From the NCBI RefSeq assembly GCF_902713615.1, contig NC_052165.1, positions 19,162,522-19,226,521 on the forward strand: DNA of 64,000 nt. Direction: 5' to 3'. Position numbers and translations under genes: made by a program. The notes under the pieces are model-generated. The model ran no database searches. It had not been told where the DNA came from and worked only from the letters and a program-made list of their open reading frames with translations. Within the stretch, counting starts at the first letter, position 1, and every line of letters starts with the position of its first letter. The stretch is from Scyliorhinus canicula (lineage: Eukaryota). Shown piece by piece: positions 50,863-62,373 of this stretch.

Positions 50863-52870
50863 GAGCTGGATTCTCCGTTCCGCGACATCCGAAGTGCGTT
50901 TCTTGATGGGACAGAGAATTGGATGTCGGGGGAAAATCGGGATCGGCGCCCACATGCTCTGATCCTACTCACTGGTGCCAAAGTCCATCTGAGGGCTTCC
51001 ACCAACAGTGCACTACCTGCCCACGCGTCCCCTACCAGATACCCCCACTGAAGGAACCCCCCCACAGAGACCCTCTAACTAAAGGGACTCCCTACTGCAA
51101 CCTCCTAACTAAAGGTGCCCCCCACAGGGACTCACTAACTGAAGGAATCCACCATAGGGATCCCCTAACCAGAGGGACCCCCTCAGAGACCCCTTAAATA
51201 AAGGGGCCTCCGGACTAAGGAACCCCCCACAGGAGTCCCCTTACTGACGAAACCCCACAGCAGCGGGTTGATGGAAGCTGTCAATCACAGTCCACTACTG
51301 GAAAGGAATGAATGGCTTGCAGTTAATGAATCAGTAGGGTTGAAACAGAGGTCACAGCTGTTTCCCTTCCAGGAATAGATATGTGGAGCTTCAAGATAAG
51401 TGTTAAAGCTGTAATTCGTCTCACTACTCCTGTCTGGGGTCTCTTTATTGGAGGGTTGGTCCCCGTATAGAGATCCCTGGGGATCTGCCTATTTCATGGC
51501 TCCCTGGAGGGTCCCTCATTGCAGGGGGCCCTATGGAGGGTCTCCTTATTACAGGGGTTGTTATGGGGGGTCTCCCTATTACAGGGGTCCCTGAGTGGAG
51601 GGCGGGGGAATCTGATAGAGGGGGTGTGGACAGGAATGCATTGTGGGGGGTGGTGGTGTCTTTCGGTGGGCTCAGATGATCTCTACCAGCGTGGCCCTGG
51701 CATGGTGGACTTTGCAGGGATATCTCATTGAGGTGGGGGGGGGGGGGTGTTGCCCCCATGCCCCATTGCAATGTCCACCAGAAGAGAAAAGAAATGATCC
51801 ATGCCCACGTGATACCCGGCTGCGGGGACTGAAGAATCACGGCGGGCCTGAGCATAGGGTACCAGGGGCGAAATTCTCCGACCCCCAGCAGGGTCGGAGA
51901 ATCGCCCGGGGCCGCCGAAAATCCCACCCCGCCGTGGCAGAAATTCTCCGCCACCCGGCAATTGGCGGGGGCGGGAAACGCGCCGCACTGAGCGGCGAGC
52001 CCCCTGCGGCGATTCTCCGGCCCGCGCTGGCCCTAAGTCCCGCCGCTGGGAGGCCTCTCCCGCCACCGAGGTTTGGACCACCTCTGGTGGCAGCAGGATC
52101 GGCAGCGCGAGCAGGCCCCCGGGGTCCTGGGGGGGCGCGGGGCGATCGGACCCCGGGGGATGCCCGCATGGTGGGCAGGCCCGCGATCGGGGCCCACTGA
52201 TCGGCGGGCGGACCAGTGCCATGGGGGCACTCTTTCTCTTCCGCTGCCGCCACAGCCTCCGCCATGGTGGATGCAGAAGAGAATCCCCCAGCGCGCATGC
52301 GCCGGTGGTGACGTCAGCGGCAGCTGCCGCTGACGTCACCACCGGCGCATGCGCGAACCGGCGAAGGCCTTTCGGCCAGCCCCGGCGCCGGGCGTCAAAG
52401 GCCACTGGTGCCGGTTTTGGCGCCAGTCGGTGTGGTGCCAACAGCTCCGGCGCGGGCCTAGCCTCTCAATGTGAGGGCTTGGCCCCCAAAGGTGCGGAGA
52501 ATTCCGCACCTTTGGGGAGGCCCGACGCCGGAGTGGTTGGCGCCACCCCGCTGCGCCGGGACCCCCCGCCCCGCCGGGTAGGGGAGAATCCCGCCCCAGG
52601 TCTGCGAAATGGATGCAAACGGATCATTAAGACAAATTTGCATTAGTTTACATGCTCCCGTTGGTGTGCAGCATTGACCTCAATCTCGGGGGTCAGAGCA
52701 TCGCGTTTGGGTCGGCGTGCGTGTCGATCTCTATTTTCCCCTTGCATCTGATCTCTGACCCATCAGGGAACGGACCCCTCATCTCAATTCCTCTCCACTC
52801 CTGCACTGAGGCTTCCATTGAAGCACGGGGAAATCATAGAGCTTGCTTTCTGACAGAGTGAAAATTTTCA
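50863..52870. mobile_element. Large older Harbinger-type element that hosts the 51866 MITE and a ~30-bp minisatellite
   Basis: Starts with TIR-like gagctggattctcc. GC-rich subtermini surround an AT-richer core. Confidence 0.45.
51866..52596. mobile_element. Young GC-rich Harbinger-type MITE (731 bp), TSD CAG
   Basis: cag|gggcgaaattctcc ... ggagaatcccgccc|cag. Central 64-bp palindrome. Confidence 0.85.
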
Positions 52871-52898
52871 GTGTTCACCAAGTTAAATTCAGTTTGAG

Positions 52899-53131
52899 GG
52901 GCAGCACGGTGGCCTAGTGGTTAGCACAACCGCCTCACGGCGCTGAGGTCCCAGGTTCGATCCCGGCTCTGGGTCACTGTCCGTGTGGAGTTTGCACATT
53001 CTCCCCGTGTCTGCGTGGGTTTCGCCCCCACAACCCAAAAAAAATGTGCAGAGTAGGTGGATTGGCCATGCTAAATTGCCTCTTAATAGAAAAAATAATT
53101 GGGTAATCTAAATTAAAAAATTTTTTTTTTT
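52899..53131 (+). mobile_element. Short-tail HE1-like SINE with a 16-bp TSD (ttaaattcagtttgag)
   Basis: TSD at 52883-52898 and 53132-53147. Confidence 0.9.
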
Positions 53132-53387
53132 TTAAATTCAGTTTGAGAATGATTGCCAGCATTTTCTCCAACCATAATTGCATATTCCAATTACGATGTG
53201 GAGGCTTTCTTTAAGTTTACTTGTGTTAGCCTCTCATTGTTTGGCATCTTCTGCTCTGACGGGCAGCCGCTCAACAGCACATTTCGCACAAGCTGCATCT
53301 TTCAAATTAAAAGGCAACTCAAAGTTTCCTGGCTGTCTGCATTGAATGTAATGGTCTAAGGTGAAACCTCTGCTGGTGGGACTCTCT

Positions 53388-53875
53388 GGGCGCGATTCTC
53401 CGCCCCCCACGCCGGGTGGGAGAATAGCGGGAGGGCCTCCCGACATTTTTCACGCCCTCTCGCTATTCTCCCCCTCCCACGCCCGACTCACGCCACGAAA
53501 AACGGCGAGCGCCGATTCCCCGAGGCCGATGGTCCGAGCGGCGGGGTCTTCGCGCCCGTTTCAACACGGCAGCAAACACACCTGCTTGCTGCTATCGTGA
53601 AACGGGCACCAGATGCCCATTTGGGGCATCTAGAGGCCCGATTGGCACGGCAGTACCACGGCCGTGCCAAGGGGGGCATAAGCCCGCGATCGGTCTTGGC
53701 CCACATCTTGCGGGACGGCTGAGGGAAAAGCCGCCGTGACGCATGGGGCCGCGCTCCTAGCCCCGCCCGGGGGGGGGGGAGAATCGGCCCCGGAAGTAGG
53801 CGTGAAGGCTGCCGTGGGTCACGACCTGTCCCACAGCAGCCTTTACATTCTCCGCATTTGCGGAGAATCTCGCCC
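53388..53875. mobile_element. Harbinger-type MITE, TSD TCT
   Basis: tct|gggcgcgattctcc ... ggagaatctcgccc|tct. Confidence 0.85.
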
Positions 53876-54464
53876 TCTGTTTCGCTTGCAATGCAACCCC
53901 ACCCCGCGGTTTTTCCAGCGGCGTGAAGTGGTCACAATGGGAAATCCCATTGGATGGCGGCAGGGAGAATCCTGCTGCCAGTGATGGCACGCCGCTATGG
54001 AACACATGGCTGAGGAGGCTGAGAATTGTAGGATCTCTCACTGTGACCTTCATTATTGTAATCGTCTGTCTATTTTCAATGATTTAGATAAAAATTATAC
54101 TTTAAAATTAATCTGAATTTCTCCATATTTAATTGCTAGGTTGTGATGATCTAATTAATTTAAAGTGGTATAATTATATGCTTGGCTTAAACAAAAATTG
54201 TTCGCCAGAATTCTTTGATTCCATCAAATCTGTTTGGTGCCTGAAAGTTGACTATGTGTCCTGCCTCTGCAGCCTGCCTCACCTGTTTCGTATCAGATCT
54301 CGGGCTAAGTGGGACCAGAAAAGTGCAGAAGGTGCATTTTTAGGCCCTATCCATTGCTGGAGAATAATCATGGTGTCACACGTGTGCAGATGAAATTGAG
54401 GGAAACGCAATCTTTGCCATATTTCCCATGATTTAGCCACATTGAATTTTGGTTAGAATCCAAA

Positions 54465-55287
54465 ATCCAGAGTTTATGCCATGCTGCACAGTGGCACATT
54501 TTGGCCGATAGAAGCTGGGAGACTCCGCTCCAGGGATCTACCTGACCCTTAACACCTTGTGAGATCTAACGCGATATCATGAAAATTGCAATGTAAATCC
54601 CGTCCACTGTGGACAGGATCACGATTGACAAATCTGCATAGTAGAGCGAGACAGCTGGTCTCATTTTAATGTGCAGATTTCTAAGGTACCCGAGGCTTTG
54701 GGATCTATCCCCTTTGCCTCGGAGACCTTGGCGATACCGTTCAGAACTGGTCTCCACAAATGGGGACCAGATGGAATGGCACTCATAGGGGTCTACTAGG
54801 ATTTCAGAGGCCCCTAGTTGCATGCCCTTTGGGAAGGGTGGTACCCTGGCACTGCTAGTACCAACTGGGCACCCTGGCCGAGCCACCTGGGTGCCAACCT
54901 GGCAATGTCAAGGTGGCACTGCCAGGAGGGGCACTGCCATGGTACCAGGTAGGCACTGCCAATGTCCCAAGCTGGCAATTTTAATGTGGCGGTGATTGGG
55001 CCAGGGATGCTCTGCGCAGGTCTTAGGGGGGGATGCCGGGTGGAGGGGGGTTGTGTCGGGGGCTACCGATCTCTGCTACACTGAGAAGTTCCGGTGAGCA
55101 GAAAGAGCTCCTTAGTGCAGAAAATGGGGCTACATGCGGCCTCGGCTGCCCATCCCCCGCTGAGGCCCCCTATCTAACCTGGGTGATGTTTAATAGTGTT
55201 GTGTTTCTCAACGCTGTGAGCATTGGGAAACATGCGGCTAAACATGCCCCCTGTGGGACTTGGTTTCCATTTAAGTAAATTGAGCCC
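54465..55287. mobile_element. Harbinger-type MITE (related copy at ~41785-42370)
   Basis: Shared internal blocks (gagatc, ctcatt..aat.tgc, gggatcta, ctggtytccacaaatg.ggac, ggcactgcc repeats). Ends gtaaattgagccc. Confidence 0.55.
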
Positions 55288-55699
55288 TAAATGTCAGCAG
55301 AGGGGATCCCAGATTTTCCCTCAAGAAAGATTGATAAAACATCCCATTTCCTGATGAACTTTATAAAAGACAAAACTGCTCACATTTCAGTAATAAGTTA
55401 GTCCAAATTTGCTAGTTCTCTCACTTAGTCAGCATAGACAGAAAATTAAAGTGGAAAATATAATTGTTCAACTGACGACAATTGTTGTTCTATCCTTGAG
55501 ATCCAGATACAATGTCGTAGCAGAATACAAACATCTTTACATGAATTTGTTGCCAAAAAGTAGAAAAATATTCTGAGGAACAGAATTGGCATTGGATTCC
55601 TTGATTTCCCACTTTAACTTGGGCTTAACTTCTGGAATTCCACCATACAAAGAAAAGCTGAGAGAAGTTGAACAACCCACCGCAATGGTTCATTGAAGT

Positions 55700-57115
55700 G
55701 ACTTTGAAGTAGTACTTGGCAGTAGTACTCTTTATTAACAGTGCAAAATAACTGCATCACCATTAGCTATGACTGAAATCAGGCAATAAACAAACCTAGA
55801 ACTAAACAGAAAGTGTTTGATCATACAAAACAGCAAAAGAACAACAAAGAGAAATAACTAAAAGACAATTCATAAAGCTGAAGTCAAAGCAGCTGTAGCT
55901 TGCAACTAGAATATTAAAGCTACCACAATTTCCCCCATTTTTTTACAATTAAACAATATAACAAATAATACCACAGCAGGCAATAAATCTGATCAAATAA
56001 CAAACATTTTATACTCTTTATTTTGCATAACATTCTGTCTTTCAGTTATTTCTTCTAATAAAGTGAACTTAACAGTACAAAGTCTTTACAAGGCAAGCTT
56101 GGCTGTAGCTTGCAGACAATCTGAGAGAATTCAACAAATGTCTAGTTATAAAGACTGAAGATTTGTCATAAGTGGCAACACCAAATATACTAGGTTGCAA
56201 AATTTTGGCACACAACTTGAGATCATGATAGCACGATTCTGACGAAAGCTGAAGAGTATAACTTGGTCCACAAGTCAAATTAGTAGTGGCCTGCAGAATA
56301 GAGTCCAGGAACAAAGTTCACCATCATGTCTTGTAAACAGCAGTTTAGCAGAGTACCATCACAATGCCTTTCTGCCATCTGTATACAGTTTCATCACTTT
56401 AACTAGGCCTGGAAGGAAGTTTATTCTGTAATGTAAGGTTTTCAGATGTTTAACATCTGAATTGTGGCAGGATTCCAGCTTCAACTGCATGTTAGAAAGT
56501 TAGGACGATAACTGAAACTACAGTCCAAACCGCAATTGTTTACTAAATTCTTGTAAAAGTGATTGTTTCCTATTTATTAAATATCACAAATTCTATGGTA
56601 AACGGTGAGGTACAAACAGCAGCATTATTTGACAATGAAGTGTATTCTGATTAAACCCACATGTAAATTCTGTGTAGTTTTTGTTTTTAGAAAATATTTA
56701 TATTCATTTACATACAACAAACATGGATATAAAGAAATACATACACAGTACATATGTTCAACCAGTATTATACAAGACCCTTTTTTATAGAAACTGAGAG
56801 TTGGGAACAAATGACAATGATAGATGGTGCTAAAACACCACCATTACCACACTGTAATGTCTGAAAAGGTGAGTGCCGTACTTTTGTCAAACATTTACTG
56901 AATAATATCAACTCAGTTGATTGTGAAATATATTAAATTGACATCTAAAAATCATAACCCTTACATATACCAATATTTTCACAAGAAAAGTCTTTACACT
57001 TTGAGACTGTTCCTCGCGATCAGCAATATCCAATTCAGCAAGCTGGCGAATTGCTGCTGGTTATGTCAGTCTTCAAAGGCAATGGATGTGTTTCCATACA
57101 GGCATCAGGAATATG
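55700..57115 (-). other. PPFIA2: Candidate terminal 3'UTR exon of PPFIA2
   Basis: TE-free AT-rich block. Minus-strand acceptor ttgttgtctttcag (AG at 57117-57116). Minus-strand AATAAA at 56022-56017 and 55736-55731. Confidence 0.45.
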
Positions 57116-57379
57116 CTGAAAGACAACAAGTTGATTGTTATGCAATGGAGTATTGTGACTAACCATTTCTTCTTTAGGTTTTGGGTTCCCTGCTGCCACC
57201 TCTCAGCACCCTATATACCCAATATAGTAGTGTGCCTATGTCATTTTCTGCCTTCATATCCCATCAGTGGAGTTCTCAGAATGAATAAGATTTTTTTATG
57301 CATGTTAGGATACCTCAGTTAACCTCATGATAAATCATGGGAAGCATGGCAAATGTTGCATTTTCCTCAATTTAATCTG

Positions 57380-57520
57380 CATCTCGTCTCTCACCTGAGA
57401 CAGAAGGTTACGGAATCCAAGCCCCATTCTAAGGAATTAAGCACATAAGCACATGAAGCTGACACCTCAGTGAAAGTGGAGTACTGAGAAGTGCTGTGCA
57501 TTGTCACAGATGATAGTATT
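57380..57520 (+). mobile_element. DeuSINE (SacSINE1-like) 5' part
   Basis: ctgagacagaaggtt...gcacataa...gctgacacctcagtg..gtactgagaagtgctg..cattgtc matches the recalled SacSINE1/Deu consensus. Confidence 0.6.
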
Positions 57521-57524
57521 TACA

Positions 57525-58125
57525 AAGAACAATACAGGCCCACCAAGCCTGTACCGGTTTGATCCCTTAGCCAAAATCCTCAGCACTACCTTGTGCCGTA
57601 TCCCTCTATACCTATCCTATCCACGTATTTGTCGAGATGCTTTTTGAACATCGTTAATGTATCTGCTTCCACAGCCTCCCCCGGCAATGCATTCCAGGCA
57701 CTCGCCACCATCTGTGTAAACAACCTGCCGCAGACATCTCCTCTAAACTTTGCCCCATGGATCTTAAAGCTATGTGCCTGGTGACTGACCCCTCCACCCT
57801 GGGAAAGAGTGCCTGCCCATCCACTCTATCCATGCTTCTAATAATCTTGTAGACCTCTATTAGGTCGCTCCTCAACCTCCGTCATTCTAATGAAAACAGT
57901 CTGAGTCTATTCAGGCTCTCTGCATAGCTAACACCCTCCAGGCCAGGCAACGTCCTGGTATGCCTCCTGTTCACTCTCTCCAAAGCTTCCACATCCTTCT
58001 GGTAGTGTGGCGACCAGAATTGTGTGCAATATTCTAAGTGTAGCCTTACCAAGGTTCTATACAACTGTAGCATGACTTGCCAGTTTTTATACTCGATGCC
58101 CTGTCCACTGAAGGCAAGCATACCG
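57525..58125 (-). mobile_element. CR1/HER1 LINE 3' end
   Basis: MLQLYRTLVRLHLEYCTQFWSPHYQKDVEALERV, RSDLIEVYKI. Further CR1 pieces at 28270-28440, 41460-41780, 45410-45635, 47870-49320, 59010-60225. Confidence 0.85.
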
Positions 58126-59576
58126 TATGTTTTTTTGATTTAGGTGAGAAGTGAAACCACCCCAGTTTTTTTAATTTATTTTTTTGTGGGATGTGCACAT
58201 CACTGACAAGGCCAGCATTTGTTGCCCATTCCAAATGGCCCTTGCACTGAGTGGCTTGCTTGGCCATTTCAGAGGGCAGTTAAGAGTCAACGACATTACA
58301 ATAGATCTGGAGTCACATGTAAACCAGACTGGGTAAGGGTGGCAGATTTCATTCCGTCGAAGGCATTAGTGAACAAGAAGCGTTCTTACGATAATCGATG
58401 ATAGTTTCATGATCACCATTACTGAGACTAGCTTTCAATTCCAGTTTACTTAAATTTAAATTCCACCAACTGCCATGGTGAGATTTAAACCCATAATCCC
58501 AGAGCATTAGACTGGATCTCTGGATTGCTACTCCAGTGACATTGGGCGCGACTCTCCCAAAAATGAAGTGTCATTTTGGATGGGTTTTGCTGGATGTTTC
58601 CCACCGACCTTTTGGGTGAGATCAAGACCTGGGTTCACCCTTACTTAGTCATTTTTTGAGTCTTGTGGAGTTTCTTCCCGGTCTAGCCCACACCTAGAAA
58701 TCTTTTCAGCAGTGGGGAGCTGAAGTTGTCGGCGAGAATGGTTCCTCAGAGTTCGGGCCGCTCATTTTGAAACCCCAATCTCTAAGTAAATTTGAGAGTC
58801 CCCACACCCACGGGCAATGCCACCCCCTGCAGACATAGGCATTATCCTCCCCACCTCCCAAGCGAGAACACCCCACTATTGGGTCTCTGAGGACCACCCA
58901 CCTCTCTTTTCCAGGGACCCCTTCACCTCCTACTTCTATGAAGCCCCTTCATACCCCCATATACTAGTCCAGTGATAATACCACTATGCCACAGCCTGCC
59001 CCTAATACCCTCCCTTTTATTGACTATTTCCTTGCTCTGTTTGCCCTCCCCAAATGCATTACCTAATATTCCTCTGGATTGAATTTAATTTGCCTCTTTT
59101 CACGCACTCAACCAAACCATCCTGGAGGCAGTAGCTTTCCTCTTCACTATCAACTACATGGTCATCTGCAAATTTCCCAATCATGCATCCCACATTTAAG
59201 CACACATATTTCTACAACAAACAGCAGGAGATCCAACACTAAGCCCTGTGGAATGCCAGTGGAAACTGCTTTCCATTCGCAAAAACATCCAGCGACCATT
59301 ACCCTTTGTTTCCAGTTGCTAAACCAATTTTGAATCTAAATTGCCACCTTCTCTTCTATCCCATGAGATTTCATTTTTTTGATGTCTGCCATGTGGAAGA
59401 CTTGTCAAATGCCTTTTTAAAATCCTTCCAGGAAGTTACGTGAAAATATTATAAGACACTTGTTTGGCTTCCAATTTCAGAAGGATGTGAAGGTATTGGA
59501 GAGGGTACAGAAAATCTTTACGAAAATGGCTGCATGGATGAGGGGTGTCAGTTATGAGGCTAGATTGGAGTAGCTG

Positions 59577-59800
59577 CGTAAAAACAAATTACTGCCGATG
59601 CTGGAATCTGAAACCAAAATAGAAAATGCTGGAAAATCTCAGGGGGTCTGGCAGCATCTGTAAGCAGAGAAAAGAGTTAACGTTTCGAGTCCAGATGTCC
59701 AGCTTTGACAAAGGGTCACCTGGACTCAAAAAGTTAGCTCTTTTCTCTCCTTACAGATGCCGTCAGACCTGCTGAAATTTTCCAGCGTTTTCTCTTTTGG
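59577..59800. mobile_element. Penelope-like inverted-repeat fragment with a decayed hammerhead ribozyme, 12-bp TSD
   Basis: ~86-nt inverted arms at 59612-59697 and 59717-59802. TSD ttggagtagctg/ttggagaagctg. Confidence 0.65.
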
Positions 59801-60689
59801 TTGGAGAAGCTGGGGTTTTTCTCCTGAGAGAGGAACAAGATTGAGAGGAGGTTTGATGGATACGTTCAAAATCCTGTGGGGTCTAAATAGATTTTCGCAG
59901 TCACTTCATTGCAGCATTAATGTAAGCCTACTTTTGACAATAAAGATTATTATTGAATAGAGTAGATAGGGAAAAACTTTTCCTATTGGCGGAAGGTTGA
60001 GAACCAAAGGTTACTAATTTAAAGTGATTGGAAAACGAAACAGGGACAATATGAAGATAAACTTTTTTTATTGTAGCGAGTGGTGCACTGCCTGAGAGCT
60101 TTCTGCCTTTGAAAAGGGAATTAGAAAATTATTTGAAGAGAAAGAAAATACAGCGCTACGGAGAAATGACAGAGGAATGGGGGGTACATGAGTTCCCGCA
60201 GAGAGAAGGCACGGACACAATAGGCCAGTTCTGATGAAATCGTTGATCTGAAATGTTGACCTGTTGGCTTGACCTTTAAAATAGCAGGTGGAACCTGATT
60301 CTGGGATTTCCAACTCTATTCTCAGGTAATTAATTTTCGGGAGTACCTTCAAAGGATGTGGGCTGGTTTCTGTCAGAAGTCTGCATCTGGCACTCCCGAC
60401 CTTATCGTCTCCATCATGGAGATAGATGCCTCCTACTCCTCTGCAATTTTCATGGAGTCGGACCAGGTTTTTAAATACCCATGGTCTTAGAGGAGTGATG
60501 AACCCCAGTGTGCATGAGGGGACCTTTTAAAGGTTAAGTTTAAAAAGACCCCCTCATGCTCATGATGCCAAACTCTGCCCTTCCACACATCCCTCCAGGT
60601 CCTTATTGCCCCCAATACCAAGCTCTGGCACTTCAATACCCACTGACCAACTGTACACTTTCTAGAACCAATGAACACCACAGTGCATA

Positions 60690-62373
60690 GTGGGTGTGTA
60701 AATGAAGCTTTGCAAAATGTAATTCATTGATAAATTTTTGATCCATGGATGATTAATGGACATGTATCTTTGAGGCAGAATTCAGAAGTGAGCAGAGGAA
60801 ACACTCTCTGGTAGTCTCTGCTGGTTTGAACAGGAGTGGCAGACTTGTCGACATCAGAGAAAGAGATGGGGTGAGACTTGGTTTGATTGATTGGCTGGTG
60901 GCTAATAAATTGGCCTCAGAGGCCCTACACTGCCCGGTAATAGGTGTTGATTGGCTCCTATCCCAGTGGAATTATTTTCAGAGTTCCGAGGAGTTTCAGT
61001 TTTATCCTGGCAGCATTGAGACGAGGGGCGGGATTCTCCGACCCCCCACCGTGTCCCGAATTCTCTGCCACCCGAGATTCGGCGGGGGCGGGAATCGCGC
61101 CGCGCCGATTGGCGGGCCCCCCACGGCGATTCTCCAGCCCGCGCTGGGCCGATGTCCCGCCGCTGACATGCCTCTCCCGCCAGCGTGGATTAAACCACCT
61201 ACCTGACCGGCAGGAGCAGGCGGCGCGGGCGGGCACCGGGGTCCTGTGGGGGCGCGGGCCGATCTGACTCTGGGGGGTGCCCCCATTGTGGCCTGGCCCA
61301 CTATTAGGGCTCACCGATCGGCGGGCGGGCCTGTGCCGTGGGGGCACTCATTTTGTTCCGCCTTCGCCATTGTCTTCACCATGGCGTCAGCAGCCGCTGA
61401 TGCTCCGGCGCATGTGCAGACTTACGCCGGTCGGCGAAGCCCTTTCGGCCCTGGCTGGCGTGGCACCAAAGGCCGTTCATGCCAGCCGGCGGAGCGGTAA
61501 TCACTCTGGCGCGGGCCTAGCCCCTCAATGTGAGGGCTTGGCCCCTAAAGGTGCGGTGACTTCCGCACCTTTGGGGAAGCCCGACGCCGGAGTGGTTCAC
61601 TCCAACGCGCCGGGACCCTCTGCCCCGCCGGGTAGGGGAGAATCCCGGCCAAGGTCCTGCTACTCTCTCTCCTCCGATTTTTCTCCAGAAAAGCTGGGAG
61701 TACTGTATTTCTTAACTTGCAGAGAATCTGAATGAATCAATCTACAGGAAAACCATTACAGGCTGCAAACAAAGATCAGAACCTGCTATCTCTCCAGAAA
61801 GGCCCTTGAGTACTGTAATTCTGAAACTACAGAGACCTAAATGAACCTACAATAAAGTCACAAACTGAAACCATAGTTTGAAGAGGAGTGAAGTGCTGTA
61901 AACCATGAATCCTGCCCCCGCCGTTCTCCCAATTCCGCACCTTTGGGGCGGCCCAACGCCGGAGTGGTTCACGCCACTCCGTCCCAGCGGAACCCCCCGC
62001 CCCGCTGGGTACGGGTGAATCCCGCCCTCTTTTCCCCCTCATGATTTACTTATGATTTTCTATCCCTTTCTTCCCCTCTGTGTTTCTCTGTCTTGTGTGT
62101 GTGGGTGTGGAGGGTGAAGGCAAGTTAAAGCGGGGAATTTGGAATTAGATAATAATTAACCAATTGTACTTGCTGCATATTTCATTATAGTTCTTTTCAT
62201 AAATAAAAAGTAATTATGTTTACATTTAAAATCTGGTAGCTGGAATTATTGGTCAGCCAAGGACCAAAGAGTTTGAATATTTTTCTAAGAATTTTTGGTT
62301 AATTCATGGATGTGTTGCGACTCTGGATCAAGAAGGGCTGGAATTGACTGTGCACTTGCCAGGGTGTCAGAAC
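60690..62373 (+). mobile_element. Probable solo LTR interrupted by two MITEs
   Basis: CCAAT-like gattgg boxes, AATAAA, ends gggtgtcagaaca. Similar in composition to the LTR-like 16285-16970. Confidence 0.45.
61026..61650. mobile_element. Harbinger-type MITE, same family as 51866-52596
   Basis: gag|gggcgggattctcc ... ggagaatcccggcc|aag. Collinear with 51866-52596. A partial sister copy lies at 61920-62027. Confidence 0.8.

Noticed and set aside
51643-52646. Long overlapping ORFs (up to 238 aa) and an apparent CpG-island gene promoter
   Set aside because: The ORFs reflect stop-codon scarcity in a GC-rich MITE bounded by TIRs and a TSD. Similar ORFs recur in sister copies at 31700-32300, 43100-43800 and 61000-61700.
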